The notes beneath the pieces were generated by a model, which ran no database searches, was not told the DNA's origin, and worked only from the letters and a program-made list of their open reading frames with translations. The position numbers were made by a program, and so were the translations under genes. This document shows positions 40,125 to 51,227 of a stretch of 64,000 nucleotides of DNA, in pieces (positions within the stretch are counted from its first letter, which is position 1; each line of letters opens with the position of its first letter). Source of the DNA: Lama glama (Eukaryota); contig CM052816.1 of NCBI GenBank assembly GCA_028534125.1, positions 98,706,001 through 98,770,000 on the forward strand, given 5' to 3'.

Positions 40125-41148
40125 GCACGCTGCCCAGTATAAAATTTATTATAAAACTTCAGCAAATATAAATATCCAGGCGCCGTTTGGCGTGGAGATC
40201 ACAGCACAGGAAAGACCACAGCCACGCGCTCGCTGGCGGGAGGATGTCGGAGGCCCGCGTGCAGCCTGCCCTTGGGGAATTGCCCGCCTTCCTTCTGAAT
40301 GGGTGTTACAGAAACAACCTAAATTTGCAGAAGAAAATTTTTTAAAAACCCCGCGACATACAAACACAAAACCCGGCTCCCAGGTCATCACTTGACGCCT
40401 GCCTGACTGGGACCGTCCGCGAGCCCTCGGTCGGTCTGCAGGGCTTTGCTGTAACCGGTAAGTCTCTGATTCTGGCACCACCTGTAATTCTGACATTTGA
40501 AACAGAGAAGCATTAAGAAATGGGTTTAAATTGGAACACTCACTTGTAAATAACTGAGAAAGATAAAACATAAAATATGAAAATTCTCTCCTCCAGCACA
40601 TGAGGCTGAAAGGGACAGAGCACCGCAGCAGGGAGTCCAGAGGCGAGGTCCCCACTCGGGACGGAGCCCAGCTCCCCCGGCTGGGCTGGCGCCCCCCGGA
40701 GCAACACCCGGTCTGGTCGGGGCCCCGGGGCCCCTGCAGAGAAAGGGTCTGGGTTGGAGCCCGGAGCTCATCCCGCCTCCAGGTGGGAAGGGGCCTCCAG
40801 GTAGGGGGAGGCGGGCGGTGGGCATCCGCTGTGGGGGGTCAGATGTTCAGTTCTTCTTCCTCCCTTCTGGGCCTGCCTTCTTAGACGAGGCTCCGCCCGG
40901 CCAGGGGCAGCACGTTGGGTGGGCAGCGGCCTGCGGGGCAGGGCACCCGAGGCCCGGCTTCATACCTCCCCCTCCGCGAGAGCATATCTGTGTGCACCTA
41001 GGGATGTGCTCGCACACACCAGTCACACACACATGCACATGCAGTCATGTCGAAGAGCCCGCAACACGGTTTTCCTCCCTCCGGCTTCCATCTGCCTCGC
41101 TGGTGCTGGAGACGGTAGCTCCCGTGCCCGGGAAGCAGCGGACGCGGC
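40125..41148 (-). other. ADAMTS16: Predicted ADAMTS16 3' UTR (~1 kb)
   Basis: Runs from the stop codon to the first canonical AATAAA I found. U-rich tract with AUUUA motifs near 40520-40590. The cleavage site is estimated. Confidence 0.65.
40145..40150 (-). terminator. Polyadenylation signal AATAAA
   Basis: tttatt on the + strand, ~1 kb beyond the stop codon, in an AT-rich patch. Confidence 0.7.
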
Positions 41149-41264
41149 TCACAGGTTGGATCGGGAGCAGGTCCTGCAGCACTGCTGGCTGTAGAAGTGG
41201 TGGCTGCACACCCCGTGCTGCGGCACCAGGGAGCACCAGGGGAAGCGGTCCTCGCAGAAGGCAC
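41149..41264 (-). CDS. ADAMTS16: ADAMTS16 terminal coding exon, PLAC domain (GAFCEDRFPWCSLVPQHGVCSHHFYSQQCCRTCSRSNL*)
   Basis: Acceptor ctttcag|GT completes the phase-1 codon. Six-cysteine PLAC pattern; TGA at 41149-41151. The ...CSxSNL* ending fits ADAMTS16 rather than ADAMTS18. Not present in the supplied ORF track in this frame. Confidence 0.93.
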
Positions 41265-41982
41265 CTGAAAGCCAGCACCCCCGTCAGTCCCCTTCCCGTG
41301 TCTGCCGCCCCGGCTAGTGACTCGGGCAAAGCGAGGTATATCCGTCATCGCCCTGAAGCTGCCGATGGGGGGCTGTGGCGTCGTGCTGACTTCACAGGAC
41401 CCTTCTTGGAAGGCCCCTGCAAAGCTGACACTGTCTCCTTCTTCGCTAAACCCACCCACGTAACCACCCGCCGCCCGAGACAACGGCCCTCTGCGGCCTG
41501 GACTCCAACTGTCGCGTCCCTGATGGAGCCCGACCACTCACGCTCCTCCAGCTCCGTTTTCTCTTCCAGAAACCTCGGCAGGCAGACAGGCCTGGCCCCT
41601 GCAAACAGCCCAGGCACTGAGGGCGTGTGCGCAGGGACGGCGCTTGGAGAGCACCCCAAGAACGAACTTGGGCAAAGGCTGCTCTGCTTCAAACTGCCCC
41701 CTCTGAGTGGAGTGGGCGTGGGCAGCACTGACCTGCAACGGCAGCCACGCCTGCCGAAAGCCAGCCCGACCTCACGGCCTCCCGTGCTGTGTCTGGGGAG
41801 GCGTGAGACGCGAGGGTCTGCTCTGTGGGCCACTTCGGGGGAAAACTGGAGGTGAAGCGGGGTCCAGGGTAGCGGACACGAGACCCTCTGGCCAGTGGGC
41901 ACCTCTCTGCACAGCCCTCTTAAGAACCGCCCCAGAAACGTGGCAGCCCCACCCGAAACGCCAAGGGCAAGCCGACACTCAC

Positions 41983-42130
41983 CTCGCTTCTCTGCGATGG
42001 GGCAGAAGTGAGTGCTGCAGGCCTGGGAGGCCGCGGGCTTCTGGTGCACGGGGCAGCCCGAGGCCGGCCGGCCGCCCACCAGGCACTGCACGGACCGCGT
42101 CTGCACGCCGCCCCCACAGCTGGCCGTGCA
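41983..42130 (-). CDS. ADAMTS16: ADAMTS16 penultimate exon, last TSR (CTASCGGGVQTRSVQC...CSTHFCPIAEKR)
   Basis: Acceptor tttccgcag|TGC and donor G|gtgagt; 148 nt, phase 0-1. Confidence 0.95.
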
Positions 42131-43029
42131 CTGCGGAAACAAGCGACGGTCACCCTGGGCCCCCTCGGCCTCTGGCCACCCCTCGCCTCCGAGCTGCCCT
42201 CTCCACCACTCAAGGGGGCCTCTCCCTGCGACTGTGGGGCGCTGACCAGATTCTGGATTAATCCCAGGTATGGACACTGAGTGTTTTTGAGTCATCAAAG
42301 GTCGGATGGACCCCAAAAGTGACACATATCTGGGGATACAGGCTGTGGGTCTGGAATCGTGGAACGCCATCACCAAGCCAGGCTTTCCAGCGCCTGGACT
42401 GGGAAAGCTGGACAGGCCGAGTCCCGCAGAGACATGTCGACACTAAGCCCTTTCTGATCCCACGCGCAGGGACCCCGGGTGCCTGGAGGTGGCCACTTGC
42501 CCGGCTTATTCACACCCTCTGGGGAGCGCTGTTTCCTGAGGCCGAGGCCCCCACACACTGAGGCATGGAGCCCAGTCAGACCCCCTCTCATCAACTGGCC
42601 AGGTGCACACCCCACAGGCCACAGCAGCGGGCCCCTCTGAGGTCCCCCGAGGGCAAGAAACCTGGAGGGACCCAAACCCACAGCAATTCATCTGCCCCCA
42701 AAGAAAGCTACTCAGGGTCTAGGCTGAATCAGGGCAATTGTGCCCCCAACAAGGCTGCTGGCTCAAGAATGCTAAGAATGTACACAAGCACCCGATGGCA
42801 CAGTGGATACCCTGGTGCATGGGGGAGGGCGTAAGCTAAAGGCTTGCCTAAAGATAAGAGCCCCGTGAGTCTCTCCCTTTATTTATCACCTTCTGTGGAC
42901 CTTGGTGGTGCGTCTTTAAGTCTGGAATTTCAGCCACTCTAACTTCTCCCAGAGACGAAACGTCTACTCAGCTTAGAATGGGATAACACAGACCTCAGCG
43001 GCTGTATCCCTTACGACTTCTACTCTAAA

Positions 43030-43550
43030 CATAAACGGCGCTGTGCACTGTGTACAACGGCCAAGACATGGAGACAACCCACATGTCCATCGACAGATGA
43101 CTGGATAAGGATGACTGGATATATGTGTATCCACACAATGGAATAGTACTCAGCCATAAAAAATTATATAATGCCATATGCAGCAACATGGATGGACTTG
43201 GAGACCATCGTTCCACATGAAGTAAGCCAGAAAAAGAAAGACAAATCCATATGATATTACTTACATGTGGAATCTCAGAAAAAGACACAACGCACTTATT
43301 TGTAAAACAGAAACAGAGTCACAGACACAGAGAACAAACTTACGGTTAGCAAGGACAAAAGGGCAGGGAGGGACAAATTGGGAAATCGAAATTGGCACCT
43401 CTTGGGGAGGGATGGAAATGTTAGGCATCTTGACTGTGGTGTTTTCATTGGTGTAGACCTTTATCAGAATTCATCCAATTGAACCTCTGAAATATGTGTA
43501 GTTTACTGAACAGTAGTTACACCAAAATAAAGTTGTTTAAAAAAATAAAT
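43030..43550 (+). mobile_element. L1 3' fragment followed by an older L1 tail (intronic, antisense to gene)
   Basis: ggccaagacatggagacaacc...gcagcaacatggatggacttggag...atgtggaatct. Confidence 0.8.
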
Positions 43551-45190
43551 TATGCAATGAATTTTTGTACAAATTCAGCTGGTCCCAGATTCGGACTCCC
43601 TCCAACCCAGGCGGCACATACGGCGACCTTATCCATCGACGTCAACCAGGCGGCTTTTTGTTTCCGGGCACCCTCATAATTAGAAGAGGATGAGGGCACA
43701 TTATTAGAGGTGGGATCAAGGGTGCAGGTCTGTGATGGACTGACTGCAATCACCCAGACCAAGCCTGCTCTAGTCTCCATGTGTTCTGCGCGTATCTGTG
43801 TGTCCGTCTGTGTGTGTCTGTGTGTGTTCACGTGCACGCCCATATGTGTGGGTCTGTGCGTGTGCACACGTGTGTTCGATACAGCATCACAGCCATAGTT
43901 GCTGAGGAAGAAAACCCTGCTGATCGGCTATGACGTGGCTCCTTGGCTCTCAGAGCCCACGGGTCCCCAGGTCAACGTGTGCTCGGGCCTGGTGAGGACC
44001 CCGGAACAAGCCAGGAACCCCACCCTCCAGCCCTGAGGACACACCAGGTCTCTGTCACGTAGAGTCAGATAGTCCAGCAGGTGTTCAAACTTAGGACTTT
44101 CCAAGACCAAGTTAGAACGTGAGCCCGCGACGCTAAGCCCGAACGACCCAGGTGAGTGAAGTGGGTCCTGCCGGGCAACGCACCATGAACTGTGCACCAC
44201 CGTGGGGATGAGCAGGGCCACTGAGACCCCAGGAAGGCTGCGGGCCCAATAACAGAGCCGGCCATCTTCCCATTGTTACCGGAATAACCCGTCCGGGGCA
44301 AAGCTGAGTCAGGCACTGGCCGTGTGTGTCTGCCCCACAATTTCCCACAGCTGGAGGGCACAGAGCCGCAGGTACAAGAGTTCCTGACAAACATCGCCTT
44401 TGAGTTATTACTCCCCAAAGTTACGGACTCGGAACCTAACGGACGAGTCACATTGGATAAGATCTTCAAGCAGCTTATGTTAAAAATGCCTTACTAGACA
44501 GACAGCTGGACTATTGTAGGCTGATGAAAGCTATGCCAGATGTATTTTTAGGAGCTTTAGGTTTTGGTTTAAATGAAGTAATGGTAAACCTGGTTTTTCT
44601 TTTCTAGACTTGCCTTACGTCTCTGAATTGAGCAGAGGGGAATGAACCCTAGCCTGATTCAGTTCCAGGAGCCTCAGTCTCCCCGTTGGCAGGGGGACAG
44701 TGGTCTCGGGGACCACCTCTATCTGTCTCTGGTCCACACTTCTCAAGAGATGGAGAAAGGGAAGCTTCTGCCCCAGAAACAACTCAGCCCAGCTTCTGGG
44801 TCATCCGTCCCCTCCTCTTGCTGGAAAGCCTGCTCTCTGCACCCAGAAGGAAACCAAAGGGCAAAATGTGTCGCCAGTGATACTTTTTGATCTACTTAAA
44901 GTAGCAAACGCTTGAAAAGGATGTAATTGCAATGTCAATGTCCCCTGCTCCAATATTTTAAATAACAATTTCTAATTTAAATGCCATCTGGGGAAGGAGT
45001 CATATGTTTCTAAACTAAAAAGCTGTATCCAATTTGAAGACAAGCGGAGCAGGAGCAGCCCAGAGGGCAGTGTGGGGAGGAAGTTAACCACCTGCTGCCC
45101 CCCAGCACGTGGACCCCACTCCCATTGGAACCTGAAGCACTGAGCAGCGGCTCCGTCCTCCCACCCTGCCAGGCCTTGCAGCCCCCCTAC

Positions 45191-45415
45191 CTGAGACCAG
45201 GGCGAGGCAAACCAGCTGGCCCGCGGGGGGCCTGCGGCAGCCAACAGGGGGTGCTTGGGGCAGGGAAACGGGGCACAGACGCGTTCCAGCTGCAGGTTGG
45301 GCTGCGGCAGGTGCAAGCACTTCTTCGAGGCCAGCTCTCGGTACTTCCCAGAAACGTACTTCTCAACACATTTTAAGAATCTTGTCTGTGTTCCTCTTTC
45401 ACACGTAACAGAGCA
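45191..45415 (-). CDS. ADAMTS16: ADAMTS16 coding exon (CSVTCERGTQTRFLKCVEKYVSGKYRELASKKC...SWFASPWSQ)
   Basis: Acceptor tttttag|TGC and donor CAG|gtaggg; 225 nt, phase 0-0. The KYVSGKYRELASKKC segment is characteristic of ADAMTS16. Confidence 0.95.
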
Positions 45416-45952
45416 CTAAAAAGACGAGCAAAGATGTGAGTGATTTCTACAAAACTATTGAGTCAAAATGCTGCCCGATTCTATCTGCTGGAACATTTAT
45501 ATGAACATTCAGTGGCATTCCAAATTCTGCTGAGTGGGACCTGGGCATTTTAAAAAGGTGTTACAGTCTCTGCCCTAAAAAAGGCAGACCTCGAGGTCAC
45601 AGCGGCCTTGTGCTGGGCCGTGAGCTGAGGCAGGGAGATCAGAAACTGTGAAGGGGTCATTTCGGAGCTGCCACTCCGCTGGAAGTTAAAATGTTGGGCT
45701 GTAACTGATATTAGAATGCCCTGAAATCTAACACCCAAGGACACTGTTGGGCCACCAGGCAGGCTTGGAGGTCCTAGGGAAGGTCCTGGGAAGGTCCCGG
45801 GGCCCGGCCTGGCTGCCTTGGGCTGAGATGTCTTCAGGTTGCTGGGGGCAATACCTGCCAGGTCTGGCCTCACACGCATGCTCAGATTTGGCTTCGGGTG
45901 TGCCCTGTGGACGGCTCTCGGGCTGGGGCTGCAGTTAGAGAGAAGCACTGAG

Positions 45953-46012
45953 GTGTGTGCGTGTGTGCGTGTGCGCATGTGTGCGTGTGTGCATGTGTGT
46001 GTCCGCATGTGT
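45953..46012. repeat. Imperfect (TG/CG)n purine-pyrimidine tract
   Basis: gtgtgtgcgtgtgtgcgtgtgcgcatgtgt...; a similar tract lies at ~43795-43875. Confidence 0.85.
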
Positions 46013-46140
46013 TACATACTCAGGGCAAGGACTTTCTATCTGGGCACCTCCCAGATGCTACGCAGCCCAGGTTGCTTCCTTCCTAAGGATTCAGCTCTGG
46101 GGCTACACATAGAAAGACGGCTTTTAATGACAGTCCCAAT

Positions 46141-46219
46141 CAGAGCACCTACCTGGGACCAGTGCACCCACCTGGGACCAGTGCTCCCACCTGGGGCCAG
46201 TGCACTCACCTGGGACCAG
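46141..46219. repeat. Minisatellite, 4 x 19 bp, spanning the exon/intron boundary
   Basis: Units cagagcacctacctgggac / cagtgcacccacctgggac / cagtgctcccacctggggc / cagtgcactcacctgggac, followed by cag. Confidence 0.92.
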
Positions 46220-46404
46220 GCGGACACAAGCCACTGCAGCTTCTTGTGTTTGTGGCAGCGCCTGAGCAGACAGGCCTCATGCGTCCTGGGCTTGGGCTCC
46301 GAGGCGCAGACGGCGTCGGGCAGCAGCTGCGCCCTGGCCGAGGGGCTGGTGCTCTTACAGGCCACGGACCTCTTCCTCCACCCCTTCCCGCAGGTTCGTG
46401 AGCA
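46210..46404 (-). CDS. ADAMTS16: ADAMTS16 coding exon (CSRTCGKGWRKRSVACKSTSPSARAQLLPDAVC...KKLQWLVSAWSQ)
   Basis: Acceptor ccctgcgcag|TGC and donor CAG|gtgagt; 195 nt, phase 0-0; TSR cysteine pattern. Confidence 0.95.
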
Positions 46405-46537
46405 CTGCGCAGGGAGAGATCAGCCAGGCGTGGATCAGCTCGGGCTCGGGGTCCCGGGCCACCGGCCCCACAAGGCCCAGTGCGGATCCGCAGGGGGAGC
46501 CCGGCTCCCACCCCCACGCCAGCCCTGCCCCGGTTAC

Positions 46538-46739
46538 CTCGGCCCAGGGCCCGGCGCTCCACGCGGGTGGGCAGCTCTGAGTGTGGCAGGCCTGGCGGCT
46601 GGAGGGCACGGGCTGAGGACACAGGCTGGCCGAGACCTGCTCCGATTTGTAGTGCGCGCGCCGCGAGCACTGGACGGGACGGCTCTGCGTGCCCCCGCCG
46701 CACGTCCGGCTGCAGGCGCTCCAGTTCCCCACGGACCAA
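46538..46739 (-). CDS. ADAMTS16: ADAMTS16 internal coding exon (TSR: SWSVGNWSACSRTCGGGTQSRPVQC...CPPAWSAGPWAE)
   Basis: Acceptor ccccccag|T at 46739 and donor GAG|gtaacc at 46538; 202 nt. The WxxxxWSxCSxTCGGG TSR motif matches ADAMTS16 as I recall it. Confidence 0.95.
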
Positions 46740-46886
46740 CTGGGGGGCGATAGAGAGACCTCCGGTGAGGGACAATGCCACCTCCCCGGAGCGGAGGGCC
46801 ACGTCTGTTGGGGGTGATGGGCATCGGCCAGCATCGTATCCCACTTACTGTCTGCAGTTATTTCCAGGGTCCCAGCGGCCCCCCCC

Positions 46887-47386
46887 NNNNNNNNNNNNNN
46901 NNNNNNNNNNNNNNNNNNNNNNNNNNNNNNNNNNNNNNNNNNNNNNNNNNNNNNNNNNNNNNNNNNNNNNNNNNNNNNNNNNNNNNNNNNNNNNNNNNNN
47001 NNNNNNNNNNNNNNNNNNNNNNNNNNNNNNNNNNNNNNNNNNNNNNNNNNNNNNNNNNNNNNNNNNNNNNNNNNNNNNNNNNNNNNNNNNNNNNNNNNNN
47101 NNNNNNNNNNNNNNNNNNNNNNNNNNNNNNNNNNNNNNNNNNNNNNNNNNNNNNNNNNNNNNNNNNNNNNNNNNNNNNNNNNNNNNNNNNNNNNNNNNNN
47201 NNNNNNNNNNNNNNNNNNNNNNNNNNNNNNNNNNNNNNNNNNNNNNNNNNNNNNNNNNNNNNNNNNNNNNNNNNNNNNNNNNNNNNNNNNNNNNNNNNNN
47301 NNNNNNNNNNNNNNNNNNNNNNNNNNNNNNNNNNNNNNNNNNNNNNNNNNNNNNNNNNNNNNNNNNNNNNNNNNNNNNNNNNNNNN
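46887..47386. other. Assembly gap (500 N)
   Basis: Run of N. Confidence 1.
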
Positions 47387-48939
47387 AACTACTGGTTCAT
47401 GTCAAAGGATGTTTCAGCAGTCTCAGAGGAGTGCCAGCTCCCTCCAGGCAAGCTCCGGGGCAGAAGTCCAGCTCTGAAAGGGCCAGCAATCTTGGTAACC
47501 AAACGTATCAGTGAAGGGTGTCGAAGGAGCCGTATTGTTGGACAAGCCGCTTGCACGCGGCCCTCATGCTCTCCCTTCTGGAGCCGTGCACGGAGCCCTC
47601 TGACCTCGTCCAGCTCAGGAGTAAGTGCACTAGAAATGACAGCAACACGCAGACACGCACGCATCCCCCGCCCCACAGGCTGTTCGCAGGGGCGTCCTGA
47701 ACCCTCTGAAGGTCTGCTGGGTGCATTCTTCTAGAAGCAACGCTAGGACTGGCTTTGGTTGCCACCTGAGAACTGAACCTCCATTACTGACAACCGGTTG
47801 GCAAGCACAGAGGTCAGATCTCAGAAGACGGAAGACCTGGAACAGGCGTCGGCTCTTGGATGCTTACAGCTCCATGGTTACTTCACTTTGCTCAGCCTCA
47901 GAAGTCAAATGACTTTTGTCCAACGTGGAGTGGAAGGAGAGGTTTACCATGAGCCAGGCACTGGACTGAATTTTTTCACCTTTAAATGCAGCATTTCTTT
48001 GCTGAATCCCACAAAGCCAAACTGCAGGACATCGAAAGCTCCCCACAAAGGAGGCAGGCACTGAGGGTGTCAAGTTTGTGGACGACGAGAAGCCAAAGGT
48101 AAGGGGATTTTTATTATCCAGAAGCCGACATGCTCTTTCTACCAGATTTCCCTGTCTCACTATCCTGTCCTCAGATGTTGTTTTGAGAAGAATCAGTAAG
48201 ATTTACAGAGCTTCACTTATGTGGGGGAAGATGGGAAACAGAATTATAAGGGGCACGCTGCTCTAAACAGCCTTCATAATCCCTTGTTTGAGCCCAAATC
48301 CTTCATTTGAGGGTTTTCTCTCTGTGGACCACGGAGGGTGTGTGCATCCCATCAACTCAAAGGAGAAGGCTCAGCTCATCAAAGGTGAAAGTGGAATCCT
48401 CAGATTCGGAATGACAGCAGAGGACTGGCTCTTCGCGAGGCTGCCCCGCTATCAGGCTTCCACGGAGCATCGGAAAAGAGAGGCTGAGTGTGGGAGCTGG
48501 GAAGGGCTCCGGACCTGGTCTGCTTTTCCCGTGGTGTCTTACGAGGGCAGTCCCTGAGGGAGCGGGAGGTGAGATCGGCCGGGGCAGGGGTGACCCACAG
48601 GGCTGTCCTCAGGACCCGCCCTGCCCTCCTGGGAAGTACGGGCATCTCTCCTGGCGTCAAAGTGGGCAAGGCCACCCCCTTGCTCTTCTTTCACATCCTT
48701 TCAGGACCCGACCATGGAGCCGCATCTTTGCATCACAGACACCTCGGCTATGGAGTGAAACACCGGGTGGGAACTACACTCAGGCAGGCAAATCAGCCCC
48801 CAGAGCCAGGTGGCAAGAGAAACTGAGGAAGGACTGAGTAGGAGGGGCCTCCCTCCACTTTGACAAGTTGAACATCCCAGATTCTCATACCCAAGGAGAC
48901 GAAGGGGCTCAGAGACCCTGTGACCCAGCCTGGCGCTGA

Positions 48940-49150
48940 GACAGTGTTTCCCAAACCACAGCTGCCTTGGCGGCGGGGGGTCTGGTGGGGACGAGGAGGT
49001 TCTCAAACACCTGCATGTTCCCAGTTCTTTCTCCATCCTGCAGGAGCCACAAATCTGGGGCTGTGGGTCAGAAATCTGAATTTTTACAAAGCCCTCCTTC
49101 CACAGCCTGGTGGCCAAGATGACCGTCAGGGATGGGAACACACTCTAGGC
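48940..49150. mobile_element. MER5-like hAT-Charlie MITE
   Basis: cagtgtttcccaaac...aatctggggctgtgggtcagaaatctgaatttttacaaagccctcc. Confidence 0.55.
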
Positions 49151-51227
49151 AGCAGCACCCCTGGTCCTCGGGGCGGGCCAGGGCTCTGGGCCCAGGAGGT
49201 GGTAACTGCCCTCGCTCCCTCCTGCGGAGTCACGCTGTACTGGTGTTGACATCTTTACTATTATGAGAACTGAGATGCGCCCATGAAGCATCACAGGAGG
49301 GCGAGCCTGGAGAATAGGTTCTTCTGCGGGAAGGAGGACCCCTTACTCCCTGTCATCGGCCAGTCAGCGAACCCCACCCAGGCGGACAGCCCTCCTGATT
49401 TTAAAGACTGTGCTCTGGATGGGCCCCGGGCCCCAGCGACCGAGCTTCCGGGAGCGGGAGGCAGGCAGGCTCAGCCTCCTTCCGGAAGAAGACCTGCCAG
49501 GACCAGAGCGGCTGAGGAGCTGGCGCGGACCGAGCTGCCCCCTCCCGTCCCCGCCCTCCCGGCCTGGCACTGACGCGCTCCGGCAAACACGTCCAGGGCC
49601 GACGCCCTTCCAGCCCTGCCGCGCAAGGCCACCCGACGGCCGGGGAGACACCCCTATCCAAGGACGGCTCCGTGGGGGGGGGTCTTCGGAAGCGTCCATC
49701 TCGCACGAAAGGCTGTGAGAACAGACACACTCACAGCTGGAGAGACCGTTTAGGTTACCGAGACCCCGTTAGACCCCCCTGCCCCCACCCTAGGCAGATA
49801 ATTGGTGTCCACTGGGCAGGGCCAGTGTAACTCCCTACCGGAGGCTCCTCCAGTTCCTGCCCCCAGGAGGACAGAGCAGGGGGTACTCCCCAGATCAGCG
49901 TGTGTCCCGGGGACACTACGTCTGTTCTGTTCTTCTCTGGACACAAGACACACCGCCTGGATGGGAGCCTCCCTGCCACCGGTCCGTTTCCAGCCTTCTC
50001 TGTTCACTCTGAACTGACCTGCCAGACACTTGGGCATTTCTATTTTCTTGGCAAAACACCGGGCCACACCCACCCCATGCAGAACGAGGTAGGGGGAAGG
50101 GCCAGCCTTGCCCAAGGCTGTCGTCGTCCTTCTGCTGTGGCCCGGCGACACGTGGGCACACAGGGAACCAGCCGAGGCTGCGCTCAAATCCACATCCGCA
50201 GCTGCACGTGTTACTGGGATCATGTAATATAATTAAGTCTGGTGTTGCTGGATGAGAGATGAGCGTGCAAAATGAGAAGCCTGTTTCTAGGAAAACTAAG
50301 TTGACTCTTTGGAATGACTCAGTAGAGGTCAGTCATGAAACGGAACTGTGGTCAGCTTAGGCGTGGCTGAGACCAAAGTAATATTTGGAGAAAACATTAA
50401 AAAGAAAGATGTTTTTGCACTCGGATGGATGGGACAAGTAAACTGAACATCTCAGGTACTGGGCATATTTTAGGCAGATAATCAACTTAGATCTTTAACA
50501 GGCAGATCTCTACTCAAAATCAGCTTTGACTCTCATGAAGAGAATTAGCAGATGGATGCACATTTATGTATTTTAAGTGAAAATTAAAGTTCCAGGTGGG
50601 TATGTGTGTGTGCTTAAATGATACTCCCTTAATTCGTTTCATCAGTGGACAAACTCACGGTCACCACAATTTTTATTCACGTACTGTTCTCTCTCCTTGA
50701 TCAGGAGGCTGGATCTCTTCTCTCTTCCCCTCACACAAAGGATGTGAGTACAGAAAAGGAGAAAGGAAATTGGGACCAAACAGCCATAAGAAGCAATTGT
50801 TCCGAACTGTCCGTAGGCCACATCTCATGCTCATCGAGCTAGGAGTGTGTCCCCTGCCATCGTCAGGAAAACAGTGGCAGGACTCACAGCTTACACGTGA
50901 ACACAGCTAGGACACTGTGACCCCTTCACATGCCTCTTTTGGTGACCTTCTCACACTCCAGAAAATCACCCTTCAGGTCCTGCCCCTCTCCGGAGCCCTG
51001 ACCGCAGGCTCACAAGGTCACTCACGGCTTTGTGGCTTCACTTCCCATGACATGTGTTGTGTGTGCTGCTTTTAGGCCACTCCGTGCGTTCACTTTGTTG
51101 AGGCAACAAGTGAATGCATGTCACCTGTTAACAACCATGGGCCTACAGCCTGAGGGCCACGCACACCAGGCACGTGGCTCAGCCAAACCCTATGTGGGGC
51201 CTCGAGGGTCTTCAAGAAAGGCTGCGA

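Noticed and set aside
40818..42376. Long ORFs of 345 aa (+) and 343 aa (-)
   Set aside because: GC-rich stop-poor sequence. Only 41983-42130 of the minus ORF is a real exon; the rest is intron or antisense.
46141..46219. CRISPR-like reading of the tandem repeat
   Set aside because: There are no unique spacers and the context is eukaryotic; it is a simple minisatellite.
45839..47734. ORFs of 304-344 aa on the + strand
   Set aside because: They are antisense shadows of ADAMTS16 exons or are extended artificially through the N gap.
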